A stretch of 64,000 bases of DNA from Oscillospiraceae bacterium (GTDB lineage Bacteria > Bacillota > Clostridia > Oscillospirales > Oscillospiraceae). Made by a program: the position numbers and the translations under genes. Under the pieces are notes generated by a model, which searched no databases, was not told the DNA's origin, and worked only from the letters and a program-made list of their open reading frames with translations. Below are positions 42,341-52,053 of this stretch, one piece after another. The DNA lies in contig CADBCV010000009.1 in NCBI GenBank assembly GCA_902793285.1, positions 1,210 through 65,209 on the forward strand, read 5' to 3'. How positions within the stretch are numbered: position 1 is the stretch's first letter; every line of letters starts with the position of its first letter.

Positions 42341-43885
42341 ATGAAAAAACGCATTCTCGCGCTCGTCCTGGCTGTGCTCATGACTGCTGCACTCTGCGCC
42401 TGCGGAGGCGGCAAGTCCCCGGCAGCCCAGCCTTCCGACACCCCGATCGGCTCCGCCGGCGAAAAGGCCCAGGGTGGGGAGATCACCGTGGGCATCGCCG
42501 CAGATCTGGACACGAGTCTTGACCCACACGTCTCATCGTCGTCGGCAGGAACCAGAGAGGTCCTTTTCAACATCTATGAAGGGCTTGTAAAGCCCGACAC
42601 GGACGGAAATCTCATCCCCGCCATTGCCGAAGACTATACCGTGAACGAGACAGCGGACACATACACCTACACCCTGCGCGAGGGCGTCCGCTTCCACAAC
42701 GGGAAAACGGTGACGGTCGGGGATGTTGTCTATTCTCTCACCAGAGCTGCGGGCCTTGAAACCGGGGAGCCCCTCGTCGCCGAGCTCGGCGGCATCGCCG
42801 CCGTGGAGGCAAAGGACGGGAAAACCGTCACGGTCACCCTCAAAAAGCCCGACGCGGAATTCAACGCCTACATGCACGCCGCCATCATCCCGGAGGGCAT
42901 CGACCCCGCTGCCGAGGTGGTGGGTACGGGCCCGTTCCGCTTCGTCTCCCGCACGCCGCAGGACAATATCGTCCTCGAGAAGTTTGCGGACTACTGGGGC
43001 ACGGGCGCCATGCTCGACAAGGTCACCCTCAAGGTCATCCCCGACGGGCAGACCATGGTGATGAGCCTGCGCTCCGGCGCCATCGACATGACAAACCACC
43101 TCACCGCAAGCCAGATCGCCGATCTCCAGGACCTCACGATCCTCGAGGGCGGCAGCAACATCATCCAGGCCCTCTATCTCAACAACGATTTTGAGCCCTT
43201 CCGCGATGTCCGCGTCCGCCAGGCCCTGTGCTACGCCATCGACCGTGAGGGCGTCATCGACCTTGCAAACGACGGGCACGGCATCCCGCTTGCAAGCAGC
43301 ATGATCCCCTCCATGGGCAAATACGTGGTGCCGGAGCTTCTGGAGCTCTACAAGCCTGACCCCGAGAAGGCCAAAGCCCTCCTCAAAGAGGCGGGCTACG
43401 AAAAGCTGCGCTTCACGATCACGGTCCCCTCAAGCTATCCCGCCCATGTGGACGCCGCCCAGGTCATCGTCGAGCAGCTCCGCGCGGCGGGCATCGAGGC
43501 GGAGATCAACCTTGTCGAGTGGGCCACCTGGTATGACGAGACCTACAAGGGCCGGCAGTTTGAGTCCACCGTCGTCGGCATGGACACCCACAGTCTCGCG
43601 GCCTCCGGCTGCCTTGCCCGCTTCCAGAGCGAGAGCGGCAAGAACTTTATAAACTTCAAGAGCGCGAAGTACGACGAGACCTACCAAAAGGCTCTCGCCA
43701 CGGTGGACGACACGGAGCAGACCGCCCTCTTCAAGGAATGCGAGACCATCCTGGCCGAGGAGGCCGCGAACGTCTACATCCAGGACTCCGCCTCCTTCGC
43801 CGTGATGCAGAAGGATATCGCGGGCTACGTGTTCTACCCGGCCCTCTACATCATGGATCTTTCCACCGTATACCGGGTGCAGTAA
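42341..43885 (+). CDS. ABC transporter substrate-binding lipoprotein, family 5 (peptide/nickel type)
   Basis: The ATG at 42341 (MKKRILALVLAVLMTAALCACGGG) gives a lipoprotein signal. The protein has SBP_bac_5-like length and sequence pattern. Confidence 0.85.
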   Translation: MKKRILALVLAVLMTAALCACGGGKSPAAQPSDTPIGSAGEKAQGGEITVGIAADLDTSLDPHVSSSSAGTREVLFNIYEGLVKPDTDGNLIPAIAEDYTVNETADTYTYTLREGVRFHNGKTVTVGDVVYSLTRAAGLETGEPLVAELGGIAAVEAKDGKTVTVTLKKPDAEFNAYMHAAIIPEGIDPAAEVVGTGPFRFVSRTPQDNIVLEKFADYWGTGAMLDKVTLKVIPDGQTMVMSLRSGAIDMTNHLTASQIADLQDLTILEGGSNIIQALYLNNDFEPFRDVRVRQALCYAIDREGVIDLANDGHGIPLASSMIPSMGKYVVPELLELYKPDPEKAKALLKEAGYEKLRFTITVPSSYPAHVDAAQVIVEQLRAAGIEAEINLVEWATWYDETYKGRQFESTVVGMDTHSLAASGCLARFQSESGKNFINFKSAKYDETYQKALATVDDTEQTALFKECETILAEEAANVYIQDSASFAVMQKDIAGYVFYPALYIMDLSTVYRVQ

Positions 43886-43891
43886 GCCTTC

Positions 43892-44833
43892 ATGCAGGTT
43901 GTGCTGAAAAAAACCGGGGTCCTGCTTCTGACCCTGCTGCTCGTGTCGGGCTTTGCCTTTCTCGCCTTTGAGATCATCCCCGGCGACCCCACCACCATGC
44001 TTTTAGGCAGCGACTACACCCCCGAGCGGGCGGCGGCCCTGCGCGAAGAGATGGGCCTTGACCGCAATGTGTTCCTGCGCTTTTTTGCCTGGGTCACCGC
44101 CTTTCTGCGCGGCGACATGGGCACGAGCTACAGCTACGCCATGCCCGTGCGGGAGGTGCTGCGCGGCAAGATCGCCGTGACGGCGGTCCTGTCTCTCATG
44201 AGCTGGGTGCTGGTCGTCGCGGTGAGCGTGCCGCTCGGCATCGCCCTCGTGCGCTACCAGCATAAGCCCTTCGGTCTCATCGGGAACTCCCTCAACCAGG
44301 TGCTGATGGCGATCCCCTCCTTCTTTCTCGGCATTTTGCTGACCTATGTCTTCGGCCTTGTGCTGAAGCTCTTCACGCCGGGGCGCTTTGTCCCGCTCGA
44401 GGAGAGCGCTGCGGGCAGCCTCGGCTACCTTCTTTTCCCGGCGCTCGCCATCTCGCTGCCGAAGATCGCAAAGACCGCGCGGCTCCTGCGCGCCTCGATC
44501 CTCAGCGAGATGAAGCGGGACTACGTTCTCACGGCCTACAGCCACGGCAGCTCCCGCTGGATGGTGATCAAAAACCACGTCGTGCGAAACGCGCTGCTGC
44601 CGGTCATCACCTATCTTGCCATGAGCCTTGCCGACATTGTGGCAAGCTCCATCATTGTCGAACAGGTGTTCGTGGTGCCGGGGCTCGGGAGGCTCCTCGT
44701 CGCGAGCATCTCCAACCGCGACTACCCGGTCGCCCTCTGCATCGTGGTGATGATCGCCTCCGTCGTGGTCGTGATGAACTATCTCGCGGACATTCTGACC
44801 CAGGCCGTTGACCCGCGGGTGCGCCTGATGTGA
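43892..44833 (+). CDS. ABC transporter permease (DppB/OppB-like)
   Basis: 313 aa with 6 TM helices. The N-terminus ...FLAFEIIPGDPTTMLLG is typical of the OppB/DppB family. Confidence 0.85.
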   Translation: MQVVLKKTGVLLLTLLLVSGFAFLAFEIIPGDPTTMLLGSDYTPERAAALREEMGLDRNVFLRFFAWVTAFLRGDMGTSYSYAMPVREVLRGKIAVTAVLSLMSWVLVVAVSVPLGIALVRYQHKPFGLIGNSLNQVLMAIPSFFLGILLTYVFGLVLKLFTPGRFVPLEESAAGSLGYLLFPALAISLPKIAKTARLLRASILSEMKRDYVLTAYSHGSSRWMVIKNHVVRNALLPVITYLAMSLADIVASSIIVEQVFVVPGLGRLLVASISNRDYPVALCIVVMIASVVVVMNYLADILTQAVDPRVRLM

Positions 44834-44843
44834 GGGAGGGCCT

Positions 44844-45647
44844 ATGATCGACACAAAAGACAGGACCTTCCGCGTGGGCGCCGGCATCACCGCCTTTATG
44901 CTGGTGCTGATCCTGCTCGGCGCCCTCTGGACGCCCTATGACCCGAACGCCATGAACGCCGCGGAGAAGATGGCCTCCCCCAGCCTCCGCCATCTCTTCG
45001 GCACGGATAACTTCGGGCGGGACATCTTCTCCCGCGTCCTCCAGGGGACGGGCTCGACCTTTCTCATCGCGCTCTGCTCCGTGGGGCTCGGGCTTCTCGC
45101 CGGGCTTCTGATCGGCGGGCTCACGGGCTTTTACGGCGGCTGGGTGGACGAAGTGCTCATGCGCCTCAACGACAGCGTGACCGCGTTTCCGAGTCTGCTC
45201 CTCGCCCTCGTGCTGATCGCCGTTTTCCACAGCGGCAGGTACAACATCATCCTCGCCCTCGGCATCATCTTCATCCCGAGCTTCGCGCGCATCGTGCGCA
45301 CGGAGGTGGCGCGGCAGAAGGCCCTGGATTATGTCGCGAACGCGAAGCTCATGGGCGTGAAGGACATGCGCATCCTCTTTGTCCACATCATGCCGAACAT
45401 TCTGCCGGTCCTCCTTAGCTCTGTCGCCATCGGCTTCAATAACGCCGTGCTCGCGGAGGCTTCGATGAGCTATCTCGGTCTCGGCGTACAGCCGCCGGAC
45501 GCGAGTCTCGGCCGGATGCTGAGCGAGGCGCAGACCTATCTTCTCCGCGCGCCGTGGTACGCCCTCTTCGTGGGGCTTGCGATCGTGCTGCTGGTGCTGG
45601 GCTTCGGCTTACTCAGCGAGGGACTCGGAGGTGACGGCCATGCTTGA
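44844..45647 (+). CDS. ABC transporter permease (DppC/OppC-like)
   Basis: 267 aa containing HLFGTDNFGRDIFSRVL, typical of the OppC/DppC family. Confidence 0.85.
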   Translation: MIDTKDRTFRVGAGITAFMLVLILLGALWTPYDPNAMNAAEKMASPSLRHLFGTDNFGRDIFSRVLQGTGSTFLIALCSVGLGLLAGLLIGGLTGFYGGWVDEVLMRLNDSVTAFPSLLLALVLIAVFHSGRYNIILALGIIFIPSFARIVRTEVARQKALDYVANAKLMGVKDMRILFVHIMPNILPVLLSSVAIGFNNAVLAEASMSYLGLGVQPPDASLGRMLSEAQTYLLRAPWYALFVGLAIVLLVLGFGLLSEGLGGDGHA

Positions 45648-46428
45648 GATACGGGATCTGCATGTCACCTTCAAATCCACCGGCAAGGAGGCCGTGCGCG
45701 GCATCGACCTCTCCATCGCGCCGGGCGAGCGCCTGGGGCTTGTGGGGGAATCCGGCTCCGGCAAGACCGTGACCGCCATGGCCCTCACGGGGCTCATTGA
45801 GCGCAGCAACGTGGACATGGCGGGCCAGGTTCTCTTTGAGGGCCGGGATCTCGTCACCTGCTCAAGGCGCGAGCTGCGGCGCATCCACGGCAAGGACATC
45901 GGCGTCGTGTTCCAGGAGCCGATGCGGAGCCTCAACCCCCTCATGCGCATCGGGCAGCAGATCGAGGAAGCCCTCAAGATCCACACCCGGCTCTCCCCGG
46001 CCGAGCGCCGCCTGCGCGCGCTCGAGGTCATGGAGCAGGTGCGTCTCCCCGATCCCGAGGGAACCTGGCGCAAGTACCCGCACCAGCTCTCCGGCGGGCA
46101 GCGGCAGAGAGTCATCATCGCCTCCGCCATGGTGATCCGCCCGAAGCTCCTCGTGTGTGACGAGCCGACGACCGCCCTTGACGTGACGGTGCAGAAGCAG
46201 ATCCTGGAGCTTCTGCGCACGCTCAGCGCGGAAAACGGCGTGGGCATCCTGCTCATCAGCCACGACATGAACGTCGTGCGCAGGCTCTGCGAGGATGTGG
46301 CCGTCATGTACAAGGGCAGGATCGTCGAGCGCGGGCTTACGGAGGAGATCTTCCATCACCCGCAGGATGCGTACACAAAACGGCTTATCGCCGCGATCCC
46401 CACGAGGAAGCGCCATGGATCAGATTGA
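45640..46428 (+). CDS. ABC transporter ATP-binding protein (DppD/OppD-like)
   Basis: The ATG at 45640 overlaps the permease end. Walker A GESGSGKT, signature LSGGQRQR, Walker B LLVCDEPT. Confidence 0.9.
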   Translation: MLEIRDLHVTFKSTGKEAVRGIDLSIAPGERLGLVGESGSGKTVTAMALTGLIERSNVDMAGQVLFEGRDLVTCSRRELRRIHGKDIGVVFQEPMRSLNPLMRIGQQIEEALKIHTRLSPAERRLRALEVMEQVRLPDPEGTWRKYPHQLSGGQRQRVIIASAMVIRPKLLVCDEPTTALDVTVQKQILELLRTLSAENGVGILLISHDMNVVRRLCEDVAVMYKGRIVERGLTEEIFHHPQDAYTKRLIAAIPTRKRHGSD

Positions 46429-47161
46429 AAACGTGCTTGAGGTGAAAGGGCTCTCCGTCCGCTATGAGGACCGGAGTCTATTCGGGAAAAAGACCAGCTT
46501 TCAGGCGCTCACCGATGTGAGCTTTGAAGTCCGGCGCGGGGAGATCCTGGGCCTTGTGGGCGAATCCGGCTGCGGCAAGTCCACGCTCTCCAAGGCGATA
46601 CTCGGAATGCTGGACCGGGCGACGGTCACGGGCGAGATCCGCCATTTTACGCCGCGGCCCCAGATGGTGTTCCAGGACCCCTTTGGGAGCCTGAACCCCG
46701 CGAAGACCGTGGGCTGGATCTTAGAGGAACCCCTCCGGGTCTACGGCAAGTATGACGCAGAAGAGCGCCGCCGCCGCGTGCTCGACATGCTCGAGCGTGT
46801 GGGGCTGGAGCGCAGCCAGGCCGATCAGCGCCCGGGCCAGCTCTCCGGCGGGCAGCGGCAGCGCGTGTCCATCGCGGCGGCCCTCATCCGAAGGCCCCGC
46901 TTCATCATCGCGGACGAGCCGGTCTCCGCCCTCGATGTGACGATCCAGGCGCAGATCCTGGATCTTCTGTGGGATCTGCGGCGCGAGCTGGATCTGAGCT
47001 ACCTCTTCATCAGCCACGACCTCAATGTGGTCTACTCGATCTGTGACCGGGTCATGGTCATGGAGAAGGGCCGCATCATCGAGCAGGGCGCCGTGGACGA
47101 GGTCTACGATCAACCGCAGCACGCGTACACGAAAAAGCTCCTCAACGCGGTGCAGTTCTGA
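46415..47161 (+). CDS. ABC transporter ATP-binding protein (DppF/OppF-like)
   Basis: The ATG at 46415 overlaps the previous gene. Walker [10 protein letters not shown], signature LSGGQRQR, Walker B FIIADEPV. Confidence 0.9.
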   Translation: MDQIENVLEVKGLSVRYEDRSLFGKKTSFQALTDVSFEVRRGEILGLVGESGCGKSTLSKAILGMLDRATVTGEIRHFTPRPQMVFQDPFGSLNPAKTVGWILEEPLRVYGKYDAEERRRRVLDMLERVGLERSQADQRPGQLSGGQRQRVSIAAALIRRPRFIIADEPVSALDVTIQAQILDLLWDLRRELDLSYLFISHDLNVVYSICDRVMVMEKGRIIEQGAVDEVYDQPQHAYTKKLLNAVQF

Positions 47162-47182
47162 GGGACACTGCAAATATTGCAA

Positions 47183-47227
47183 ATACGGCACGGCGGAGCT
47201 CCGCTCCCGCTGTGCCGTATTGATTTT
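47183..47227 (+). terminator. Rho-independent terminator after the ABC operon
   Basis: ATACGGCAC-20 nt-GTGCCGTAT followed by TGATTTT. Confidence 0.7.
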
Positions 47228-47279
47228 GGCGCTATAACGGTCTATAATAAACCTACTATCGTCATGGGAGGTAGCCGCC

Positions 47280-48233
47280 ATGCTGGACAGCTTTGGCCGC
47301 GAAATCACCTATATGCGTCTGTCGGTCACGGAGCTGTGCAACCTGCGCTGCCGCTACTGTATGCCGGAGGACGGCGCGTGCCGGAAGACCAGGGGCGAGT
47401 TTTTGAGCGAGGATGAGATCATCACCGTTGTGGAGGCTGCCGCCTCGCTCGGCGTCCGCAAGCTGCGGATCACGGGAGGCGAGCCGCTGGTGCGGGAGGA
47501 CATCGTCCCCCTCTGCCGGCGCGCCGCCCGGGTTAAGGGGATAGACGAAGTCTGCCTCACCACGAACGGCGCCCTCCTGCCGGCGCTTGCAAAGCCTCTC
47601 AGGGAGGCGGGCGTCCGGCGCGTGAACATCAGTCTCGACACCCTTGACGCGCAGAAGTTCCGCTGCATGAGCCGCGGCGGGGACCTGTCTCAAACGATAG
47701 CGGGCATCCGCGCCGCGCTGGAGGCTGACTTTGAAAAGGTAAAGCTCAACACGGTCCTGATCGGCGGCTTTAATGACGACGAGATCCCCCAGCTTGCCGA
47801 GCTCACGCGGCAGTATCCCCTGGATTTGCGCTTTATCGAGCTCATGCCCATGCCCGACAGCGGCGATTTTGGGCCCGGGGCCTTCCTCCCCTGCTCTGTT
47901 GTGACAGAGAGGCTGCCGGAGCTTGTACCCGTCCCCCCCGACGGCGGGGTGGCAAAGCTCTTCCGGCTGCCCGGAGCGCTGGGAAACATCGGGCTCATCA
48001 GCCCCCTGAGCGCCCACTTCTGCCGCGAATGCAGCCGCATCCGCGTGACAGCCGACGGGAAGCTCAAGCCCTGCCTCCACTCCGGGGACGAGTATTCCCT
48101 CAAGGGTCTCGACTTTGACGGCATGGTGGAGGAGCTGCGGCACGCAATATTATGTAAACCATCCTGGCACGGCGTTCTGAATCCCGACAACCGCAGCCGC
48201 GCCGGACGCAGCATGAATCGGATCGGAGGCTGA
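47280..48233 (+). CDS. moaA: GTP 3',8-cyclase (molybdenum cofactor biosynthesis protein A)
   Basis: 317 aa with the radical SAM cluster CNLRCRYC and the C-terminal second cluster region CRECSRIRVTADGKLKPCL. Confidence 0.9.
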   Translation: MLDSFGREITYMRLSVTELCNLRCRYCMPEDGACRKTRGEFLSEDEIITVVEAAASLGVRKLRITGGEPLVREDIVPLCRRAARVKGIDEVCLTTNGALLPALAKPLREAGVRRVNISLDTLDAQKFRCMSRGGDLSQTIAGIRAALEADFEKVKLNTVLIGGFNDDEIPQLAELTRQYPLDLRFIELMPMPDSGDFGPGAFLPCSVVTERLPELVPVPPDGGVAKLFRLPGALGNIGLISPLSAHFCRECSRIRVTADGKLKPCLHSGDEYSLKGLDFDGMVEELRHAILCKPSWHGVLNPDNRSRAGRSMNRIGG

Positions 48234-48236
48234 GGG

Positions 48237-48722
48237 ATGCCGGATTTTACTCATTTTAACGAACAGGGCCGGGCGAAAATGGTAGATGTGGGCGAAAAGC
48301 CCGTCACGCGCCGCACGGCCGTCGCCGCGGCGCGGGTCCTTGTGAACGAGGAGACCTTCGCGCTCATCCAAAGCGGCGGCATGAAAAAGGGCGACGTGCT
48401 CACCGTCGCGCAGGTGGCGGGCGTCATGGGCGCGAAGCGCACGCCGGAGCTGATCCCCATGTGCCACCCCATCCTCTTGGACGGGATCGATCTCAAGCTG
48501 CGCCTGGACGAGGCGCGGCATTCCGTCGAGATCGAGGCCGCGGTCTCCTGCCTGGGGCGCACCGGGGTGGAGATGGAGGCCCTGACCGCCGTAAGCGCCG
48601 CGGCGCTCACGGTGTACGACATGTGCAAGGCTGTGCAGAAGGATATGGTCATTGCGGATATCCGCCTTGTGAAAAAGACCGGCGGCATCCACGGCGAGTA
48701 TGATAGGGAGGGTGAGACATGA
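48237..48722 (+). CDS. moaC: Cyclic pyranopterin monophosphate synthase
   Basis: 161 aa with MVDVGEKPVTRRTA, KGDVLTVAQVAGVMGAKRTPELIPMCHP and VEMEALTAVSAAALTVYDMCKA. Confidence 0.9.
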   Translation: MPDFTHFNEQGRAKMVDVGEKPVTRRTAVAAARVLVNEETFALIQSGGMKKGDVLTVAQVAGVMGAKRTPELIPMCHPILLDGIDLKLRLDEARHSVEIEAAVSCLGRTGVEMEALTAVSAAALTVYDMCKAVQKDMVIADIRLVKKTGGIHGEYDREGET

Positions 48723-49123
48723 GCGATCAGGCAAAGGCCACGGTCCCCTCGCTGGATCTCTGGCTTCAAGAGGCGAAGGCGGAGCACAACGCGAAGGACT
48801 GCGGCATGTATCTCTTCCACAACGGCGTCGTGCGCGAGAGCGCGAAGGCCGCCGTGCGCGAGGGGGCCGCAGACACCGCCCCGGTGAAGGGGATGCGCTT
48901 TTCCTATGATGCGGAAAAGGTGGCGCGCGCGAAAGACGCCGCCCTCGCCATGCCCGGCATTCAGGTTGTGCGCGTCTGGCTCAACAGCGGGCAGCTCCGG
49001 GTCGGGGACGACATCATGCTGGTCCTCGTCGGCGGCGACATCCGCCCCCATGTGATCGACGCGCTGCAGAGTCTCGTGGGCGAGATCAAGCAGCACTGCG
49101 TCAGAGAAGAAGAGGTTTACTGA
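48719..49123 (+). CDS. MoaE-like protein (molybdopterin synthase catalytic subunit family, tentative)
   Basis: 134 aa, translationally coupled to moaC. The layout GVVRE...RFSYDAEKVA...VRVWLNSGQLRVGDDIMLVLVGGDIRPH resembles MoaE. Confidence 0.55.
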   Translation: MSDQAKATVPSLDLWLQEAKAEHNAKDCGMYLFHNGVVRESAKAAVREGAADTAPVKGMRFSYDAEKVARAKDAALAMPGIQVVRVWLNSGQLRVGDDIMLVLVGGDIRPHVIDALQSLVGEIKQHCVREEEVY

Positions 49124-49171
49124 AGCGGGAGTGTATGACTGCGGAAAAATGTAAAAAGTCCCCCGGAATTT

Positions 49172-49318
49172 GTAGGGGAGGGGCTTGCCCCTCCCGCGCA
49201 AAGAAAAGCTAAAAATTTCAAAAAATGTACGGCGATTTCGTAAAAGTGTTACGATTTCGCCGTACATCGCTTTCAATGGTTACTCTATGTTGCCGGGAGG
49301 GGCAAGCCCCTCCCCTAT
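49172..49318. repeat. Palindromic intergenic element, family A, copy 3 (147 bp)
   Basis: Left arm GTAGGGGAGGGGCTTGCCCCTCCCG at 49172-49196. Internal TGTACGGCGATTTCGTAAAAGTGTTACGATTTCGCCGTACA. Right arm CGGGAGGGGCAAGCCCCTCCCCTAT from 49294. Confidence 0.9.
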
Positions 49319-49364
49319 GGTGTTTTGGTCAGATTATGCAAAAAGTAAAATTTCAAAATACCGA

Positions 49365-50213
49365 TTATGTGCTCTGCATCGCGGGTTCCGGCTTTTCCGC
49401 CCGGTTTTTGGGGATGGAGATCGTGAGGACGAGGGAGCTGTCGGTCTCCTCCCGCCGGACCGCGGCGTCGATGCCGCCCTGCTTCATGAGATCGAGGGAG
49501 CGGTTGAGGCTGTTGAGAAAGACCCGCACATCCTTCAAAACCAGGGTGCGGTGGGGCGCTGCCTGCTCCGGGTTTTCCTCCGGCGCCTTGAGGAGGTTTT
49601 CTATGTACTCCTCCGCCGCCGCGACCGTGAGGGCGTTTGCCGCGATGTACTCGAGCGCCATGCGCTGGGCTTCACTCCCCTCGAGCCGCAGGAGGGCCCT
49701 GCCGTGCCGCTCCGTGAGCCCATAGCTGCGGAGCTTTTCCAGCACGTCCGGCGGCAGCTTTAACAGGCGCAGCTTGTTTGCCACGGCGGACTGGGATTTG
49801 CCGATGCGCCGGGCGGCCTCCTCCTGGCTCATGCCGAACATGCGGATCAGGCGGCTGAGTCCCGCGGCCTCCTCGATAAAGTCCAGATCCCGGCGCTGGA
49901 GATTCTCAATCAGGGCGATGAGGCTTGCGTCCTCCATGTTCACATCCAGGAGGATGCAGGGCACCTCCCGCAGGCCCGCGAGCTTTGCCGCCCTCAGCCG
50001 CCGCTCCCCGGCCACAAGCTCAAACTTACCCCCGCGGCAGCGCACCGTCAGGGGGTTTAAGATGCCGTAGCTCCGTATGCTCTCGCTCAGCTCCTCCAGC
50101 TCCTTCTCGTCAAACAGCTCGCGCGGCTGCACAGGGCTCGGCGCGATGTCCTCCGCCGGCAGCCACACGATATCTCCCCGCCGGACGCTCAGGCGGGTAC
50201 GCAGATTCTGCAC
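49365..50213 (-). CDS. ParB/Spo0J/Noc-family DNA-binding protein
   Basis: I prefer the GTG at 50213 (GGAGGG 7 nt upstream), because the ORF-track ATG at 50426 would overlap the divergent gene. The ParB box LVAGERRLRAAKLAGLREVP and the HTH MSQEEAARRIGKSQSAVANKLRLL are present. Confidence 0.75.
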   Translation of the reverse strand: MQNLRTRLSVRRGDIVWLPAEDIAPSPVQPRELFDEKELEELSESIRSYGILNPLTVRCRGGKFELVAGERRLRAAKLAGLREVPCILLDVNMEDASLIALIENLQRRDLDFIEEAAGLSRLIRMFGMSQEEAARRIGKSQSAVANKLRLLKLPPDVLEKLRSYGLTERHGRALLRLEGSEAQRMALEYIAANALTVAAAEEYIENLLKAPEENPEQAAPHRTLVLKDVRVFLNSLNRSLDLMKQGGIDAAVRREETDSSLVLTISIPKNRAEKPEPAMQST

Positions 50214-50339
50214 AGAGTATCCCTCCAGTTCTTGTGGTAGATAAGGCAAGCATACACCAGATATTGTGAAAAAGCGGGCGAAAGCGCTTGGGAGCTCCGG
50301 GCTTTTCGGATCGGGAGCTGTCGAAAACCGGAAAAAGGC

Positions 50340-50368
50340 TTGCACCTCAACTGAAAATCCGGTATAGT
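50340..50368 (+). promoter_or_regulatory. Sigma-A promoter of the second AGCS symporter
   Basis: TTGCAC at 50340-50345, a 17-nt spacer, TATAGT at 50363-50368. Confidence 0.6.
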
Positions 50369-50416
50369 AGTACTGCTGTTTTTCGGCAAAGATATCGTTT
50401 ACAGGAGAAAAGAGAC

Positions 50417-51829
50417 ATGCTAACAACCATCGACAATGTCGTCAACAAGATCAGCGGCTTTCTCTACCAGCCCTATGTGGTGCCCCTGATCCTCATCCTC
50501 GCGGGCCTTTATTTCACTTTCCGCCTGCGCTTCATCCAGTTTCGCCTGTTTGGGGAATCGATCCGCGTCGTGACGGAGAAGCCCGTCAATCTCGGCGCCA
50601 CCTCCTCCTTCGGCGCGCTGATGGTCTCAACGGCCTCCCGCGTCGGCACGGGCAACATCATGGGCGTGTCCACGGCCCTCTGTCTCGGCGGGCCCGGCGC
50701 GATCTTCTGGATGTGGGTCACGGCCGTGCTCGGCGGCGCGTCCGCGTTTGTGGAGTCCACCCTCGCCCAGATCTACAAAAAGCGCGACCCGGAGGGCGGC
50801 AGCTACGGCGGCCCCGCGTATTACATGGAGCAGGGGCTGGGCCAGCGCTGGCTCGGCGTCATCTTCGCCATCGTCCTGATTTTGACCTACGCGGTGGGCT
50901 ACAACATGCTCGCGGCCTACAACACCCAGAGCACGTTTGCGGTCTTCGGGTTTTATAACCGGACCACCGCGCTGGTGATCGGCGGCGTGCTCGCGGGGCT
51001 GTTTGCGATCTGCGTCCTCGGCGGCGGCAGGCGTCTCACCCGCGTGACCGAGGTGCTGGTCCCCGCGATGGGCGTTCTCTATGTGCTGGTGTCCCTTTTT
51101 GTGGTCGTCACGCATATCTCGAGCTTCGGCGCGGTGTTCAAGGGGATCTTCCGCTCCGCCTTTGATTTCCACGCGATCCTCGGCGGCTTCACCGGCTCCT
51201 GCGTCATGTGGGGCATCCGGCGCGGTCTCTACTCCAACGAGGCCGGCATGGGCTCCGCCCCCAACGCGGCCGCCGCGGCGGACGTGAGCCACCCGGCAAA
51301 GCAGGGCCTTGTCCAGATGCTGAGCGTGTTCATCGACACGCTGCTCATCTGCTCCGCCACCGCCTTCCTCTGCCTCTTCTCCGGGGTGGAGCCCACGGCG
51401 GAAGCCGCTGGCGCGGCCTATGTCCAGGCCTGCACCGGCGCGGCCCTCGGCAGCTTCGGGCCCGTCTTCATCACGGTCGCGGTCTGCCTCTTCGCCTTCA
51501 CCACCCTGATCGGCAACTACTACTACACCGAAGGCTGCCTGCGCTTCATCCTGAAGAAGGAGCCGGGCAAGGGCTTCCTGCTGGTCTACCGCCTGCTCGC
51601 CTCCGCGCTGGTCTTCGCCGGGGCGATCGTGTCCGCGGGTCTTGCGTGGGACACGGCCGACCTTCTGCAGGCCCTGATGGTCATTATCAACGTGCCGGTG
51701 ATCATCCTCCTCGCCAAGCCCGCCGTCGCCGCCCTGCGCGATTACGAGTGGCAGAAACGCAAGGGCAAGCTCCCCGCCTACCGCGCCGAGGCAAACGGCG
51801 TCAAAGGCGCCGACTTCTGGGGGAACTGA
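50417..51829 (+). CDS. Alanine/glycine:cation symporter (AGCS family), second paralogue
   Basis: The ATG at 50417 (MLTTIDNVV...) follows AGGAG. Blocks are FGALMVSTASRVGTGNIMGV, GGPGAIFWMW and YSNEAGMGSAPNAAAAA. Confidence 0.9.
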   Translation: MLTTIDNVVNKISGFLYQPYVVPLILILAGLYFTFRLRFIQFRLFGESIRVVTEKPVNLGATSSFGALMVSTASRVGTGNIMGVSTALCLGGPGAIFWMWVTAVLGGASAFVESTLAQIYKKRDPEGGSYGGPAYYMEQGLGQRWLGVIFAIVLILTYAVGYNMLAAYNTQSTFAVFGFYNRTTALVIGGVLAGLFAICVLGGGRRLTRVTEVLVPAMGVLYVLVSLFVVVTHISSFGAVFKGIFRSAFDFHAILGGFTGSCVMWGIRRGLYSNEAGMGSAPNAAAAADVSHPAKQGLVQMLSVFIDTLLICSATAFLCLFSGVEPTAEAAGAAYVQACTGAALGSFGPVFITVAVCLFAFTTLIGNYYYTEGCLRFILKKEPGKGFLLVYRLLASALVFAGAIVSAGLAWDTADLLQALMVIINVPVIILLAKPAVAALRDYEWQKRKGKLPAYRAEANGVKGADFWGN

Positions 51830-51876
51830 CAGCTGATAAAAACTATACATTCAAGCATAATTTGCGTGTAAAAAAC

Positions 51877-52024
51877 GTAGGGGAGGGGCTTGCCCCTCCC
51901 GACAGTATCAGGTAATATTTCAAAATCAATGTACGGTGAAATCGTAACATTCTACGAATTCGCCGTACATTTTTTGCGGTCTATAACTTTTACAGTGCAC
52001 GGGAGGGGCAAGGGCCTCCCCTAC
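51877..52024. repeat. Palindromic intergenic element, family A, copy 4 (148 bp)
   Basis: Left arm GTAGGGGAGGGGCTTGCCCCTCCCG at 51877-51901. Internal TGTACGGTGAAATCGTAACATTCTACGAATTCGCCGTACA. Right arm CGGGAGGGGCAAGGGCCTCCCCTAC at 52000-52024, with 2 mismatches. Confidence 0.9.
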
Positions 52025-52053
52025 GGTATAATACTGTTTTTTTCAGCCCTATT

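Noticed and set aside
47228-47279. Moco riboswitch upstream of moaA.
   Set aside because: Only about 50 nt separate the upstream terminator from the moaA start, too short for the ~130-nt Moco aptamer, and no conserved Moco motifs are seen.
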